Below are positions 51,093 through 62,566 of a stretch of DNA of 64,000 bases, piece by piece. The notes beneath the pieces were generated by a model. That model saw nothing but the letters and a program-made list of their open reading frames with translations, searched no databases and was not told the origin of the DNA. Source of the DNA: Marsupella aquatica (taxonomy: Eukaryota; Plantae; Marchantiophyta); NCBI GenBank assembly GCA_973895155.1, contig OZ316893.1, positions 12,292,359 to 12,356,358 on the forward strand, read 5' to 3'. The stretch's first letter is position 1, and every line of letters starts with the position of its first letter. Both the position numbers and the translations under genes were made by a program.

Positions 51093-54000
51093 TGGGCTTA
51101 ATGTAGGCAGTTGTGACGGTTTTGGAAGAGAGCTGCTGTTAGGTGTGTTTGTCCATTTTAGGGCTTAAACCATGACCTACTGTAGACTGCATCTTCATGT
51201 AGAAATAGACCGTCTTAAGTTAACGAATTGACCTGGTAAGGAAGTGGTCTGAGCCCTTAGGGCATTTATAGTTATGGGAGAGACGAGTCGCTTACTTTGG
51301 TACTCTTTTTGTAAAGTATATTGATAGTTGCATGACTGACACCTATAGCTTGCCGCTAACTGGTGCCTTGTGCAATAATTGTCTCTCTACCCCTTTCCCA
51401 TCACACCCAAGTTTTGTGCTTCTTTGATTACTCAAGTTCAGTAGCTTTTTCCTCGATCTTCTTTTGAACCTTCTTCCTCTAGCTGTGTGTTTGTCGATTT
51501 TAGGGATTAAACCTTCTTCCTCTAGCTGGATTCGTTTGCTTTAGGATCTCTCCTCTCCAGACTGGCGGTTGTGCACTCTTACTGTCCGTTATTCTAAAGA
51601 TAAAATTCAATAATGTTATTCAGCAGGTCTGATCCTGGAGTAGCTTCCTTAACACAGGGTCAAGGATGGGAGAATACGGCAGAATGCTAAATGGAAATCA
51701 GTTTCTCTGGTCTGGTCTGGATTTGCACTGGATTGGATTGGTTTGGCAGAGCAAGAGGAAGGTGCCATTTTCTCTCTGGTTTAGCTTGGAGATGCTGGTA
51801 ATCTAGTCTTTGGTTTGGTCATTGTTGAAAAATACTCCAGCCATGGTTGTTCCCTGGGATGTGCAGTAAATGGGTTTTCAATTCTTGGGGTCATTCCTTG
51901 GCTCCCTTGCTCCGTCCAATGGGCAACCCGTTCATAAATTATAGACATATCAAGACTTCGAGTGGGGAGAATATACATATTAATGCAATCTTCCACGTAC
52001 CTTGGTTCTTTGGGGAATTGGGTGACTGCAGTGCTACAACGAAATCTACAACGAGCCTTTAACAATAATGATCCTGACGGTAAATTGTCATTATTAGCGA
52101 CCAGAAATTAGGTAGCCTCCGAAGCTCGGTGGCACTTCAGTGATTAGAGCCTTTCATCAAGGTCCGTAGACTATAGGTCAGAATAAGGCTACCAGCTCCA
52201 GCAATGAGAAAAGTCTATCCTTTTCAATTACTCAATGGTTAGAGATCTCCATTGGATTTGGTGGTTTTGGGGCTTTCATTGCTCATGTTTACTAATTGAT
52301 TTACAAACCCCACAAAAAACCTTTACACTGATCACCACTGGTGCGCCCCATACATGCCCTTCATCTATAGCTCAGATGTGGGAGTCTTCTTCGTGCTGTG
52401 AGTTTCTCATCACGAGTGAGATGCTCCTTGTCTCTATCCAGTGTCTTGCCTTATCTTGCCCCAACTTCAGCAGTTTTGACTAGGAAAGGGTTTTGAGTGA
52501 AACATGGGAATAACATTTACTCCCACAATTCATGAAGACTGCCCTTGGGGGCTGTCTTGTGTAGAGCAAAATGTGACAAAGACAAATAAATTACAATTAT
52601 GTAGATGGCCCTAGCCCAGGATATACAATGGAAAGTTGTATTATCAATTGACCTATTTGTACAATCAAGCTGCATTTGATGAATTCTATTGAGAGTGTTT
52701 TTTTGTCCAAGTTAAGGAGGTTTACCCAATCGGTTAATGCAAGAGAATCTCTCTTTGCAAAACAAATAGAATCTTCCTTTTTACTCTAATCTAGAATATA
52801 ATGTCATTTTTTTCTCATTTTGTCATGTCGTGTTTCTTACCTCAAGTTACTTCATTGTCGTTGTCTCTTTTGTCATTTACATAAGGTTTCTACTCATTGC
52901 CCTTTCATTTGTTTACTATTCATTTTTAAGAGAAATCGCCTTTTCCCAAACTAATTAATTAATCTTTTTTCATGCTTTCAGTCCAAGCCTATTGGATATA
53001 TGAGCTCTTTGGCTCACAAGCACAATTTTTTCAATCAAATTCTTCTTTTTTGGGGGGATGTTACAATATTTGCGCAAATTCAAATGGGAGCACTGAACAT
53101 TATACACCAATAATGTCATTCTGACCAGTAGGACACTATCCAGGTGCATCCAAACTACACCAGGGAAGACAAATCCAGATTGATTGTATCTCATATGTTA
53201 GATCCACAATCTAATATATCCTAAACTTGGGCCAACAGATAGACGCAGCTATCAACAGTCTATCTGGGAAGATCCACATGAAGGTCTAGTGCTTAGCAGA
53301 GCTCGTGAGGAGCAGGCGAACTGTCGTGCAGTACTATAGCTGAAACCGTGTACCATTAGCACATTTACAATAGTCAGGAGTTTAGAGACTGTGGTACGTT
53401 GTGTGGAGCTCTCATGGCATGCTGGAACAACAATACTACCTGCCATTACCATCACCCTCCAATGCCATGGGCAATGACCACTATTGGGTGCACAAACAAG
53501 CTGTTCACAAATCTTCACTCTAACTGCACTCTGTCTAATCAAATATGTGATTGAATTTACCACTTTCTTTAATAAAGGATATGACAAGTAGTCTTTTAGC
53601 TGACTATGTCTCTCCTTAGACATCCCGACATTTGCTGCAAAAACATAGGACCAAAAATTTGCTTATTAATACCATATTTTGACCCAGTGGCAGGGGCTGA
53701 AATATGAATTGAGCTAGTCTCTTGATTCCCCCAAAAGGAAGAAGGTCCTATACTCCATGCTGTAGACTCAGCCTTGGAGCAGCACCCTCAAAAAAACTTC
53801 AACTGCCCCCAAAGGATGTCATGGATCCAATTACAAAGTTTCATCTGGATTTAAAAAGCATTTGTATTTCTATGACTAATCTCTTTGCTTGATAATTAAA
53901 TTTAAATAGTGCAGATTTATATGCTAACCACTCAACATGAGTATTCCTGGTCTTGACCATCTAGAATGCTATATATTTGACAAGAGATGATAGAAACTGT

Positions 54001-54707
54001 AGATGCACATAACACACACGATGCTGACTGTTTGATCAAACAATATAATATGCGATCTTGTCCAAAAGCTTCCATGCAATTTGTTTACAACTTAAAAAAA
54101 GGAGTGAACATCACACTGTCACCTGTATTCCAAGGTTTTTGACACGACTCAAAATTTGCTCAAGAAATATACTTGCTTTTACAATAGGTACAACGTAGTG
54201 ATTACACCTATGGTACTAACGGTACTTAATGTCAGTATAGAGTACTTTACTTAGAGTACTTTCTGGCATTTAGGCCCTACATGAGAAGGATATTGGTATG
54301 CTTTTCTCTCGTTTTGAAGTGGAATCGTTTTTCCATTAAGTCATATTTGTTTTTTTCCTTCATTTCTTTTCTCTTTTAAATCATGTTGGACGGAACAAAG
54401 GGGGGGTGGGGAGACAGAGGGAGTGGACTTTGGTGGGGGGGGGGGGGGGGCGGGTGCCGGGGGCCCCGCAGGAAGAGAGAGAGCAAAAGGAGAGAAGGGA
54501 GGGCAGAGGGAAAGGCCAATTGGAAAAAAGGGAAACTTTCCCCTCTATAGTGCAGATCAACCATGCCTGGACCCCATTGTTAGGTATTTACTCAAGGTCT
54601 AGGGTTACGATATGTAACCGTAGTTAGGCTAACCGTAGTCGGAGATGATTAGGTTAACTAGGATGCACACTATATGTCAAGCGATGTTTGCTTGGATAAG
54701 TGGAACT

Positions 54708-55128
54708 TGTTGGGTATTTACTCTTACGTCTAGGTTAGGTATGACGTGGTTGGTACAACAACGTGGGTTGGTACAACTACGTGGTTAGGTACAACTACGT
54801 GATTAGGTATAACTATGTGGTTAGGTACAACTACGTGATTAGGTACAATTATGTGGTTAGGTACAACTAAGTTGCACACTATATCATAAGAGGCATGTGT
54901 GCTTGGAGAGGTAGAACCAAGGCTCATTGTTATGGAGCCACTTGAGAGATAGGGAGAGCTTACACTGTGGAGACTCGGTATAGCTGACGGGCTTAGAGTT
55001 CAGTAAAGCTCTCTTGTGTGTTCCCGTGGACGTAGCCTCAAGGAGGTGAACCACGTATCTCTTGTGTCGACTATTGTGCGTTGGATGGTTCATGGGCTTG
55101 CCGTTGCGATCGTCGTCTATGCTCAACA
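54708..55128 (+). repeat. 5' LTR, containing about 7 copies of an 18-bp GGTTAGGTACAACTACGT unit
   Basis: Matches 60784-61204 with only one mismatch seen by eye (54849 T versus C). Confidence 0.97.
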
Positions 55129-55130
55129 AT

Positions 55131-55142
55131 TGGTATCAGAGC
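55131..55142 (+). promoter_or_regulatory. Primer-binding site complementary to initiator tRNA-Met
   Basis: TGGTATCAGAGC, 2 nt after the 5' LTR. Confidence 0.95.
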
Positions 55143-56279
55143 ATGCTTGGGAGGTGACGTGTGTTCGTGACGGGATTTCATTACGGTTTTTCCAGCGTTG
55201 AGTGTCGGTGGATTTCCCGGAGTTCCGTCGCATGGAACTTGGAGTTTATGGGCTCAACGGATAGATCGGGGCAAGAGCTTTCTAACGGTGTGAAGAAATC
55301 GTTGAACGGAGCTCGTGGTGCAGAGAGATCTAAGTTTTCGTCGTTCTGGATTTTGTGAAGAAAGTTGGCAATCGACTCGGAGGGAGAAGCGTCAAGTGTT
55401 TTGACTCAACGGAGAGATTGAGGCAAGACGATTGTTTTGAGTCCGGGATTGGCTCTTTGATGCAAAGAGGAAGGCTAAGCAAAATCAATTACCTTGTTGG
55501 ATTGGTGACGGCACCAAGTGCAATTGATCAACATTCGTTGTTGACAAGGTACCATTTTTTCTCTTTGAAAAACTGATTCGAAATTGGCTATGGCAATTGA
55601 GAGAAATCTGTCATCTTTACCAATTTTTTTCTCCCTCGTTCTTTCCTCGTTTTGGGTGCTTCTTATATCGATCTTCACCGCCTCGAAGTCTAGTTTCCAA
55701 ATCTGAAATCAGATCTTGATTTCGTCAAAACTCGAGTGAGATATCTTGCGTTTGGTGTCGAGGGGTACATTCTGTCGTGTGTATTTTCTGCGCGCGCGAC
55801 CAGATTTCGACGACGAAGGGTGGTAGGGGGTTTTGGGGGTTCGAGGACACGTGTCAGCCCCTCGATTGTTCTTCCAAAATTCCCACAGGGCCTGTACAAG
55901 GGTCATAAAATATTCCAAAAAACCAGAGAGCTATTTTTTGACCGTCCGACAAAGATTTCATCCGTCGAACGGTAACTTTTTTGGTTATTTTTTGGCGAGG
56001 TCGTAGCCATTGAAGTTGGCAACGCGGCGCACCAATCACATCGTAATTCCGACAACGGGTTGTACTTGGTATTTCGGTTATTCCCTGAGGTGGTCAAAAC
56101 GGGGGAGTTTCCCAAGGTTTTACCCACCTCGACCGAAATTTGAATAACTTTTCCGTCAAATTTCGATTTTGATTTCGGTTTACAGTATTGGACTCCTAGC
56201 TTTGTGGGCTACGCGGCGGTGTTGAGTTTCGAGTTTTTTGAGAAGTTGTGAAAAACAACAATTTTTGTGATTTTCTCAT

Positions 56280-57320
56280 ATGAGTGATTCGGAGAAATTT
56301 TTCGAAGACGTGGAACTTGAAGCACGAGGATCACCGCGGCGGTTTCAGGGGCAGAGAGAGGAGCAGGAGGAAGAGCACGTGACACCGATACCATCACCGG
56401 TGCGGCGTGTGGTGGAGGAAGCAGTACTACTACCGGAGCTCACGGTAGTGCCAAAGAAGAAGATGGGGACTTTCAAGCTTGGGGGACCCAAGTATGAAGT
56501 GACAAAGTATGATGGGCGCTCTGACTACTTGCTATGGGAGAAGCAGGTGAAGGGAGTGCTCTATGCGTCAGGGATGGGCCAACTGCTGAGCCCTCGTGAA
56601 GACGATGTTGATGAGAAACAATGGGACCGCATGCAGGAGCAGGGAGTGTGGTGTGTTACACTCTATCTCATGCCTCCCATCATCAAGCAGTTGGGTGCAC
56701 ATAAGGATTGCATGTCCTTGTTTGCGGAATTGCAGAGCAAGTATCACCGCAAGGAGTTGTCGAACCGGCTCTACACTTCCTACAAACTCATGAGTTTCAC
56801 GATGAAGGAATCTGGCACAAAGTTGCAAGACCATGTGGATGCTTTCAACGACATGGTCGTTGACTTGGAAAACCTTGGGGAGACTTTGAATGATGAGACG
56901 AAGGCTCTGCAGCTTCTTAGTTCATTGCCTCCATCTTACCAGTCCCTATCACGAGTGTTGTTGCATCGTGATAGGGATACCATTTCATATAATGACGTGG
57001 TAAGTTCTCTGCTTAGTGATGATCTTCAGCAGAAGATGCACATCACATCACAGCCTTCATCATCTGGTGCTGCCCTCAATGTTAACCGTGGGAGGGGTAT
57101 GCAGCGACCAACTGGGGACCGTAGAACCCAGTTTAGATCTAAATCCAGATCTAAGTCCAAGGGTAAATCCCCTCAGAGGAGGCAGGTGACATGTTGGAAG
57201 TGCAACCAAGTTGGACACTTCAAGCGAGACTGTAAGGGAAAGGCAGCGGAAACTTCATCGGCAAATGTGGCTAGGGCTGATGGAGAAGCTGATTTACTCA
57301 ATGACGAGTATGTTTTATGA
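56280..57320 (+). CDS. gag: Copia Gag (UBN2-like domain plus CCHC zinc knuckle)
   Basis: YEVTKYDGRSDYLLWE, LLSSLPPSY and CWKCNQVGHFKRDC. Ends in TGA at 57318-57320. Confidence 0.93.
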   Translation: MSDSEKFFEDVELEARGSPRRFQGQREEQEEEHVTPIPSPVRRVVEEAVLLPELTVVPKKKMGTFKLGGPKYEVTKYDGRSDYLLWEKQVKGVLYASGMGQLLSPREDDVDEKQWDRMQEQGVWCVTLYLMPPIIKQLGAHKDCMSLFAELQSKYHRKELSNRLYTSYKLMSFTMKESGTKLQDHVDAFNDMVVDLENLGETLNDETKALQLLSSLPPSYQSLSRVLLHRDRDTISYNDVVSSLLSDDLQQKMHITSQPSSSGAALNVNRGRGMQRPTGDRRTQFRSKSRSKSKGKSPQRRQVTCWKCNQVGHFKRDCKGKAAETSSANVARADGEADLLNDEYVL

Positions 57321-60300
57321 AGTCGGGGGTATGCCCTGTGCACGTCATCTAGGAGAGCAGATGATGTGTGGATTCTTGATTGTGCTTGCTCTTTTCATAT
57401 TTGTTACATTCGTGAGTTTTTCAGTTCTTACTCTATTTCAAACGGTTCAGTTCTGATGGGAAATGATCACTCCTGTCAAATTGAGGGAATTGGGTCTGTG
57501 AAGATTCAAATGTTTGATGGCGCTGTGCGCACAGTGTCCGGAGTCAGGTATGTACCTGGCATGCGTAAGAATCTGATTTCACTCGGTGTGTTGGATTCAA
57601 ATGGTCATCAATGGAGCGTTATTGATGGTGAACTTCAAGTCAGGTCGGGAGAGACAGTGATTTTGAAGGGGAGTAGACAAAAGAATTTGTATGTGTTACA
57701 GGGCAATACTGTATGTGGAGAGGCCAATGTAACCAAGTCTCACGAGGAGATGACTCAACTGTGGCATTCACGGCTAGGCCACATGAGTGAGAAGGGTTTG
57801 GCTATCTTACGGAAGAATGGACTCATTTCTGATTTGCAATCTTGTAAATTAGAGTTTTGTGAGCATTGCATTCTTGGAAAGCAGCATCGTCGTGCTTTTG
57901 GTGTTGGAACTCATCGTTCCAAAGCGGTTCTTGAGTACATACATAGTGACGTGTGGGGTCCATCCCCGACTCCCTCACACTCTGGAAAGTTGTACTATGT
58001 ATCATTTATTGATGATTACTCAAGATTTGTGTGGATTTATTTCATGACGCATAAGTCTGATGTCTTGTCCATTTTTAAGAAGTGGAAGGCCCAGATGGAG
58101 AATCAGACTGGAAACACGATCAAGTGTTTGGATACAAGGGTGAAGAGTCTGAGGTCAGACAACGGCGGGGAGTACACTTCAATGGAATTTGAAGAGTACT
58201 GTTCAGAACAGGGGATAACTCGCCATCTCACCATAGTTTATACTCCGCAGCAGAATGGTGTCGCTGAGAGGCTCAATCGAACACTGTTGGAGCGGTCACG
58301 GAGTATGTTGAGCCAATCAGGTTTACCACAAGAATTTTGGGCAGAAGCTATCAATACCGCAGCTTATTTGGTAAATCTTTCTCCTTCTAGTGCTATCAAT
58401 TTCAAAATGCCGTTTGAGATGCGCTATAAGCGGCAAGCAGACTATCATGGCTTGGTAGTTTTTGGAAGTGATGCATATGCTCTCACACCGAAGCAGAATA
58501 GGACCAAGTTGGATCCTACCTCCAAGAAATGTGTTTTTCTTGGGTACCAGAGTGGTGTGAAAGCCTATAGGCTATGGGATCCTATTGCCTGTAAGCTCGT
58601 TGTCAGTAGGGATGTTTCCTTCAATGAATCCAGATTATTGAAGGAGGGGGAGAATACTCAGGTCTCTCGTACTGACAAAGGAAAATCTCCTATCCCGGAT
58701 CTCGTTGAGGGGGAGATTGGTTATGAGGTGCATGACCGGAGAGAAGGAGTTGCTCCAATTATGGAGCTGGTTCCTGTGCCAGAGGAACCAGAGGAGTTTG
58801 TTGATGCTGGTGAGCAGCAAGTGGATGTTGTTGAGCTTCAAATTGTACCAGCACACGCAGATCAACCGAAGTCATCGGCTAGAAGAACATCTGGTCGCAC
58901 TGTACGTGCTCCACCAAGGTATGGACAGTGGGTTGATTCATCTCAACTGCAAGAAAATGATTTTGCAACTGATGATGAGGGTGATGCGTTAATTTTGGAA
59001 GAAGGGGAACCTTCTTCATTTCATGAGGCAAGTGCTTCAAAGGAGAAGCAGAATTGGACTGCAGCAATGCAAACGGAGATGCAGTCACTAAAGGACAACA
59101 AAACTTGGGAGCTTGTTAAGCTGCCTAAGGGTCAGCAAGTGGTGGACAGCAAGTGGATTTACAAGCTGAAGGATAATTCCATAGGAGGTGGATCGAAGGT
59201 CTACAAGGCTAGGTTGGTAGCAAAGGGATTCACACAAGAGAAAGGTGTGGATTACAATGAGGTCTTCTCACCAGTTGCTAAGTACTCTACAATACGACTA
59301 TTGTGTGTACTTGTTGTAATGTTTGGTCTGCTGCTAGATCAGATGGATGTTGTCACAGCTTTCCTCTATGGCACATTGGAAGAGGTGATCTTCATGAGAC
59401 AACCGCCAGGTTTTGTGAAGAGAGGACAGGAGGAATTGGTTTGCAGATTGCTGAAATCCTTGTATGGGTTGAAGCAGTCACCAAGACAGTGGAACAAGCG
59501 GTTTGACGATTGGATTCGGTCACAAGGTTTTCACAGAAGTGTATTTGACCCTTGTGTGTATTTGAAATCAGTAAAGAATATTGTATTTGGGTTCATTGTT
59601 TTAGTACTTTATGTGGATGATATGCTAATTGCAGCCAAGGATAGGTCTGAGATTGTTAAGCTCAAGGCACTGCTTAGTGCAGAGTTTAAGATGAAGGACT
59701 TAGGGCCAACTAAGAGGATTTTGGGTATGGAGATCACTAGGGACTTGGAGGCTGGCAAGCTATGGTTGACGCAGAGCAGTTATGCGAGGAAGGTAATTGC
59801 AAGGTTCAACATGGGGAATAGCAAGCCAGTAAGTACCCCGTTGGCTCCACACTTCAAGTTATCATCAGCATTCTGTCCTACGGATGACATAGAGAAGGGG
59901 TTGATGTCAAAGGTTCCGTATGACAAGGCAGTGGGGAGTCTCATGTATTTGATGACTTGCACTAGACCTGATCTTGCCATGGCTATGGGCAAGGTAAGCA
60001 GGTACATGTCAAATCCAGGGAAGGTACACTGGGAAGCAGTGAAGTGGATTATCAGGTACTTGAAGGGTACCGTGGATCATGGTCTTTTATTTGATGCGAA
60101 TGCAAAGAATGCTAAATCATTGATTGGCTATGTTGATTCTGACTATGGACAAGATTTGGACCGAAGGAGATCAACAACAGGATATGTGTTCATACTTGGC
60201 GGTGGATGCATAAGTTGGAGGTCTACTTTGCAGAAGTGTATTGCTCAGTCTACTACAGAAGCGGAGTATGTTGCAGCTGCGGAAGCAGCAAAGGAAGCGA

Positions 60301-60593
60301 TTTGGTTGGATAGACTTATCACTGAAATGGGATTGCCACAGGGGAATGTGAAGCTCCATTGTGATAGTCAAAGTGCGCTCCACCTTGCTATGAACCAGGT
60401 GATGGACAGCAGAGTGAAGCACATTGATGTCAGGTACCATTTTATCAGGCAGGCTGTGTCTGATAATTTGTTTGAGCTAGTCAAGATTGATGGTAAACTC
60501 AACCCGGCTGACGCATTTACCAAAGTGATTCCTTTGGAGAGTTTCTCTAGACACCGTGACGTATTGCAGGTTTTGCAATTGCATCACAAGTAG
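57321..60593 (+). CDS. pol: Copia Pol (protease, GAG-pre-integrase, integrase, RT, RNase H), in frame with gag
   Basis: WILDCACSFH, WHSRLGH...CEHC, HSDVWGP, SDNGGEY, QQNGVAER, YKARLVAKGF, LYGLKQSPRQW, YVDDML, YVDSDY and KHIDVRYHFIR. The frame is open from the codon directly after the gag stop. Confidence 0.95.
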   Translation, partial: SRGYALCTSSRRADDVWILDCACSFHICYIREFFSSYSISNGSVLMGNDHSCQIEGIGSVKIQMFDGAVRTVSGVRYVPGMRKNLISLGVLDSNGHQWSVIDGELQVRSGETVILKGSRQKNLYVLQGNTVCGEANVTKSHEEMTQLWHSRLGHMSEKGLAILRKNGLISDLQSCKLEFCEHCILGKQHRRAFGVGTHRSKAVLEYIHSDVWGPSPTPSHSGKLYYVSFIDDYSRFVWIYFMTHKSDVLSIFKKWKAQMENQTGNTIKCLDTRVKSLRSDNGGEYTSMEFEEYCSEQGITRHLTIVYTPQQNGVAERLNRTLLERSRSMLSQSGLPQEFWAEAINTAAYLVNLSPSSAINFKMPFEMRYKRQADYHGLVVFGSDAYALTPKQNRTKLDPTSKKCVFLGYQSGVKAYRLWDPIACKLVVSRDVSFNESRLLKEGENTQVSRTDKGKSPIPDLVEGEIGYEVHDRREGVAPIMELVPVPEEPEEFVDAGEQQVDVVELQIVPAHADQPKSSARRTSGRTVRAPPRYGQWVDSSQLQENDFATDDEGDALILEEGEPSSFHEASASKEKQNWTAAMQTEMQSLKDNKTWELVKLPKGQQVVDSKWIYKLKDNSIGGGSKVYKARLVAKGFTQEKGVDYNEVFSPVAKYSTIRLLCVLVVMFGLLLDQMDVVTAFLYGTLEEVIFMRQPPGFVKRGQEELVCRLLKSLYGLKQSPRQWNKRFDDWIRSQGFHRSVFDPCVYLKSVKNIVFGFIVLVLYVDDMLIAAKDRSEIVKLKALLSAEFKMKDLGPTKRILGMEITRDLEAGKLWLTQSSYARKVIARFNMGNSKPVSTPLAPHFKLSSAFCPTDDIEKGLMSKVPYDKAVGSLMYLMTCTRPDLAMAMGKVSRYMSNPGKVHWEAVKWIIRYLKGTVDHGLLFDANAKNAKSLIGYVDSDYGQDLDRRRSTTGYVFILGGGCISWRSTLQKCIAQSTTEAEYVAAAEAAKEAIWLDRLITEMGLPQGNVKLHCDSQSALHLAMNQVMDSRVKHIDVRYHFIRQAVSDNLFELVKIDGKLNPADAFTKVIPLESFSRHRDVLQVLQLHHK

Positions 60594-60766
60594 AGTTTTC
60601 TTAACATTCATTGTAATTACTGATATATGCTCTTCCTCATTCCTATGTATTAGGCTACGGCTTAGTTCTGGTTTGCTCTAGTTAGAGAGGGAAATCAGTT
60701 TGGTTTTTGTCCAGAACTTCCCGCTGAGGGATCATATACATTGGCAGTATTACTCTCCCCTAGACC

Positions 60767-60783
60767 AGAGTCAAGGGGAAGAT
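60767..60783 (+). promoter_or_regulatory. Polypurine tract
   Basis: AGAGTCAAGGGGAAGAT directly before the 3' LTR. Confidence 0.85.
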
Positions 60784-61204
60784 TGTTGGGTATTTACTCT
60801 TACGTCTAGGTTAGGTATGACGTGGTTGGTACAACAACGTGGGTTGGTACAACTACGTGGTTAGGTACAACTACGTGATTAGGTATAACTATGTGGTTAG
60901 GTACAACTACGTGATTAGGTACAACTATGTGGTTAGGTACAACTAAGTTGCACACTATATCATAAGAGGCATGTGTGCTTGGAGAGGTAGAACCAAGGCT
61001 CATTGTTATGGAGCCACTTGAGAGATAGGGAGAGCTTACACTGTGGAGACTCGGTATAGCTGACGGGCTTAGAGTTCAGTAAAGCTCTCTTGTGTGTTCC
61101 CGTGGACGTAGCCTCAAGGAGGTGAACCACGTATCTCTTGTGTCGACTATTGTGCGTTGGATGGTTCATGGGCTTGCCGTTGCGATCGTCGTCTATGCTC
61201 AACA
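60784..61204 (+). repeat. 3' LTR
   Basis: TGTTGGG...GCTCAACA, 421 bp. Confidence 0.97.
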
Positions 61205-62099
61205 GAACTTAGGCTCATTGTTATGGAGCCACTTGAGAGATGAGCGGGGAGATGAAGAGAGCTTACACTGTGGTGACTTGGTATGGCCGACGGGCTTAGA
61301 GTTCAGTAAAGCTCTCTTGTGTGTCCCCGTGGACGTAGCCTCGAGGAGTTGAACCACGCATCTCTTGTGTCGACTACTTGCGCGTTGGATGTGTCATGTG
61401 CTTACCGTTACGAGGTCGTCTATGCTCAACACCCATGATTTCTTTGCCTAGCTTATATTCACTTTCCTTGCATTGCCTACACTTTTTTGCCTTGCTTCAA
61501 CATCTTTACCTTGCACCCATACCTTCTGTGCAATGCATGCACATCGGGCTAGTACATCATAATATACCGACAAATATGGAACTGTTGTTGTACCTCTATC
61601 ATTAGTAAATTCTGTGGATGTGACTTATCATTGAGCTGGATGTTTAAAAATAGGACCTAAAATTTATTAGGGCATGATGCATTTATACATCACATACCAG
61701 ATCACGTTTGACTCTTTCACCAGGGCTTTCACCCAAGCCTAAACAATTCAGCACCAAAGACAATCTTGAGGCTCATTATGAGCCTCCCATACATAGCTGC
61801 CCATCTCTCCAAGTTTTTCTATAGTGTAATTAGGTGATGAATGAATAAACCCGTTTCTATGGGATGAAATTCAAAAAGAGAATTGCACTCTGGCAGGTTT
61901 GATTTCAAACTGGAGACCTGCCTTGCCCCGATGAGCTTCTCTACCACTCAGCCTGGGGCTGGCTGATGATCACACTGCCAGTACCTTGGGCCCAGGAAGT
62001 CCCTTTTAAAAATATGGGCCTCATGAGGGCTTGTTTGGGGTTGTGGTAACTGCACATCAAATAGCAGCAGTCAACTATGTAGAAAGAACAACACTTGGA

Positions 62100-62566
62100 G
62101 AGCATCTCCAACCCAAATGAGTTTTGTTGCCATAAGTTGACCAAACCCAATAAAGAAAATGCAAAAAACAAGGTCCAACCCACTCACTAGAATACTATCA
62201 GGTTTTCAGGAACAGGGATTTTGGGGTTATTTGATCTCTATATGGAAGAGATTATACACTAGTTAATGTTTACTCGGTTTGTTGCAGTGTTTTCAAAATT
62301 TCAATATATGGCTGTCAAATGTTGATACCTGTTGTTTAGGGAAATCACCCCATCAGGGTTGGAGCTGCTTTTTAGTTAAATCACCATTGTCCACCAAGTT
62401 TGGGGAGGAGAAAATGGAGCACTTCTTTACTGTTTTGAGCACAGATTTTGTGGGGGACAGTGGCACTTTAAGCATGATAGATATGTACAATGAACTAAAA
62501 AAGGGTGTTGTCAGACTCGGTATTTAATATATCTAGTAAGCAAAACCCGGATTGCTTGGAGATGCC
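62100..62566. mobile_element. Tourist-type (PIF/Harbinger) MITE
   Basis: TIRs GAGCATCTCCAA and TTGGAGATGCCC, followed by TTA. A homolog starts at 39194. Confidence 0.75.

Larger units (their letters stand above)
54708..61204 (+). mobile_element. Full-length Ty1/copia LTR retrotransposon (Tnt1/Tork-like), very recent
   Basis: Two 421-bp TG...CA LTRs, TSD GAACT (54703-54707 and 61205-61209), PBS, PPT, gag, and pol in PR-INT-RT-RH order. Confidence 0.98.
54578..61431 (+). mobile_element. Older solo LTR (54578-54707 plus 61210-61431) split by the young copia insertion
   Basis: Runs TGTTAGGTATTTACTC...CTATGCTCAACA with TSD CCCAT at 54573-54577 and 61432-61436. It is clearly homologous to, but diverged from, the inner LTRs. 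Confidence 0.9.

Noticed and set aside
54740-54870. Regular 18-bp repeats resembling a CRISPR array
   Set aside because: They are head-to-tail with no unique spacers, lie inside an LTR, are duplicated in the other LTR, and have no cas genes nearby.
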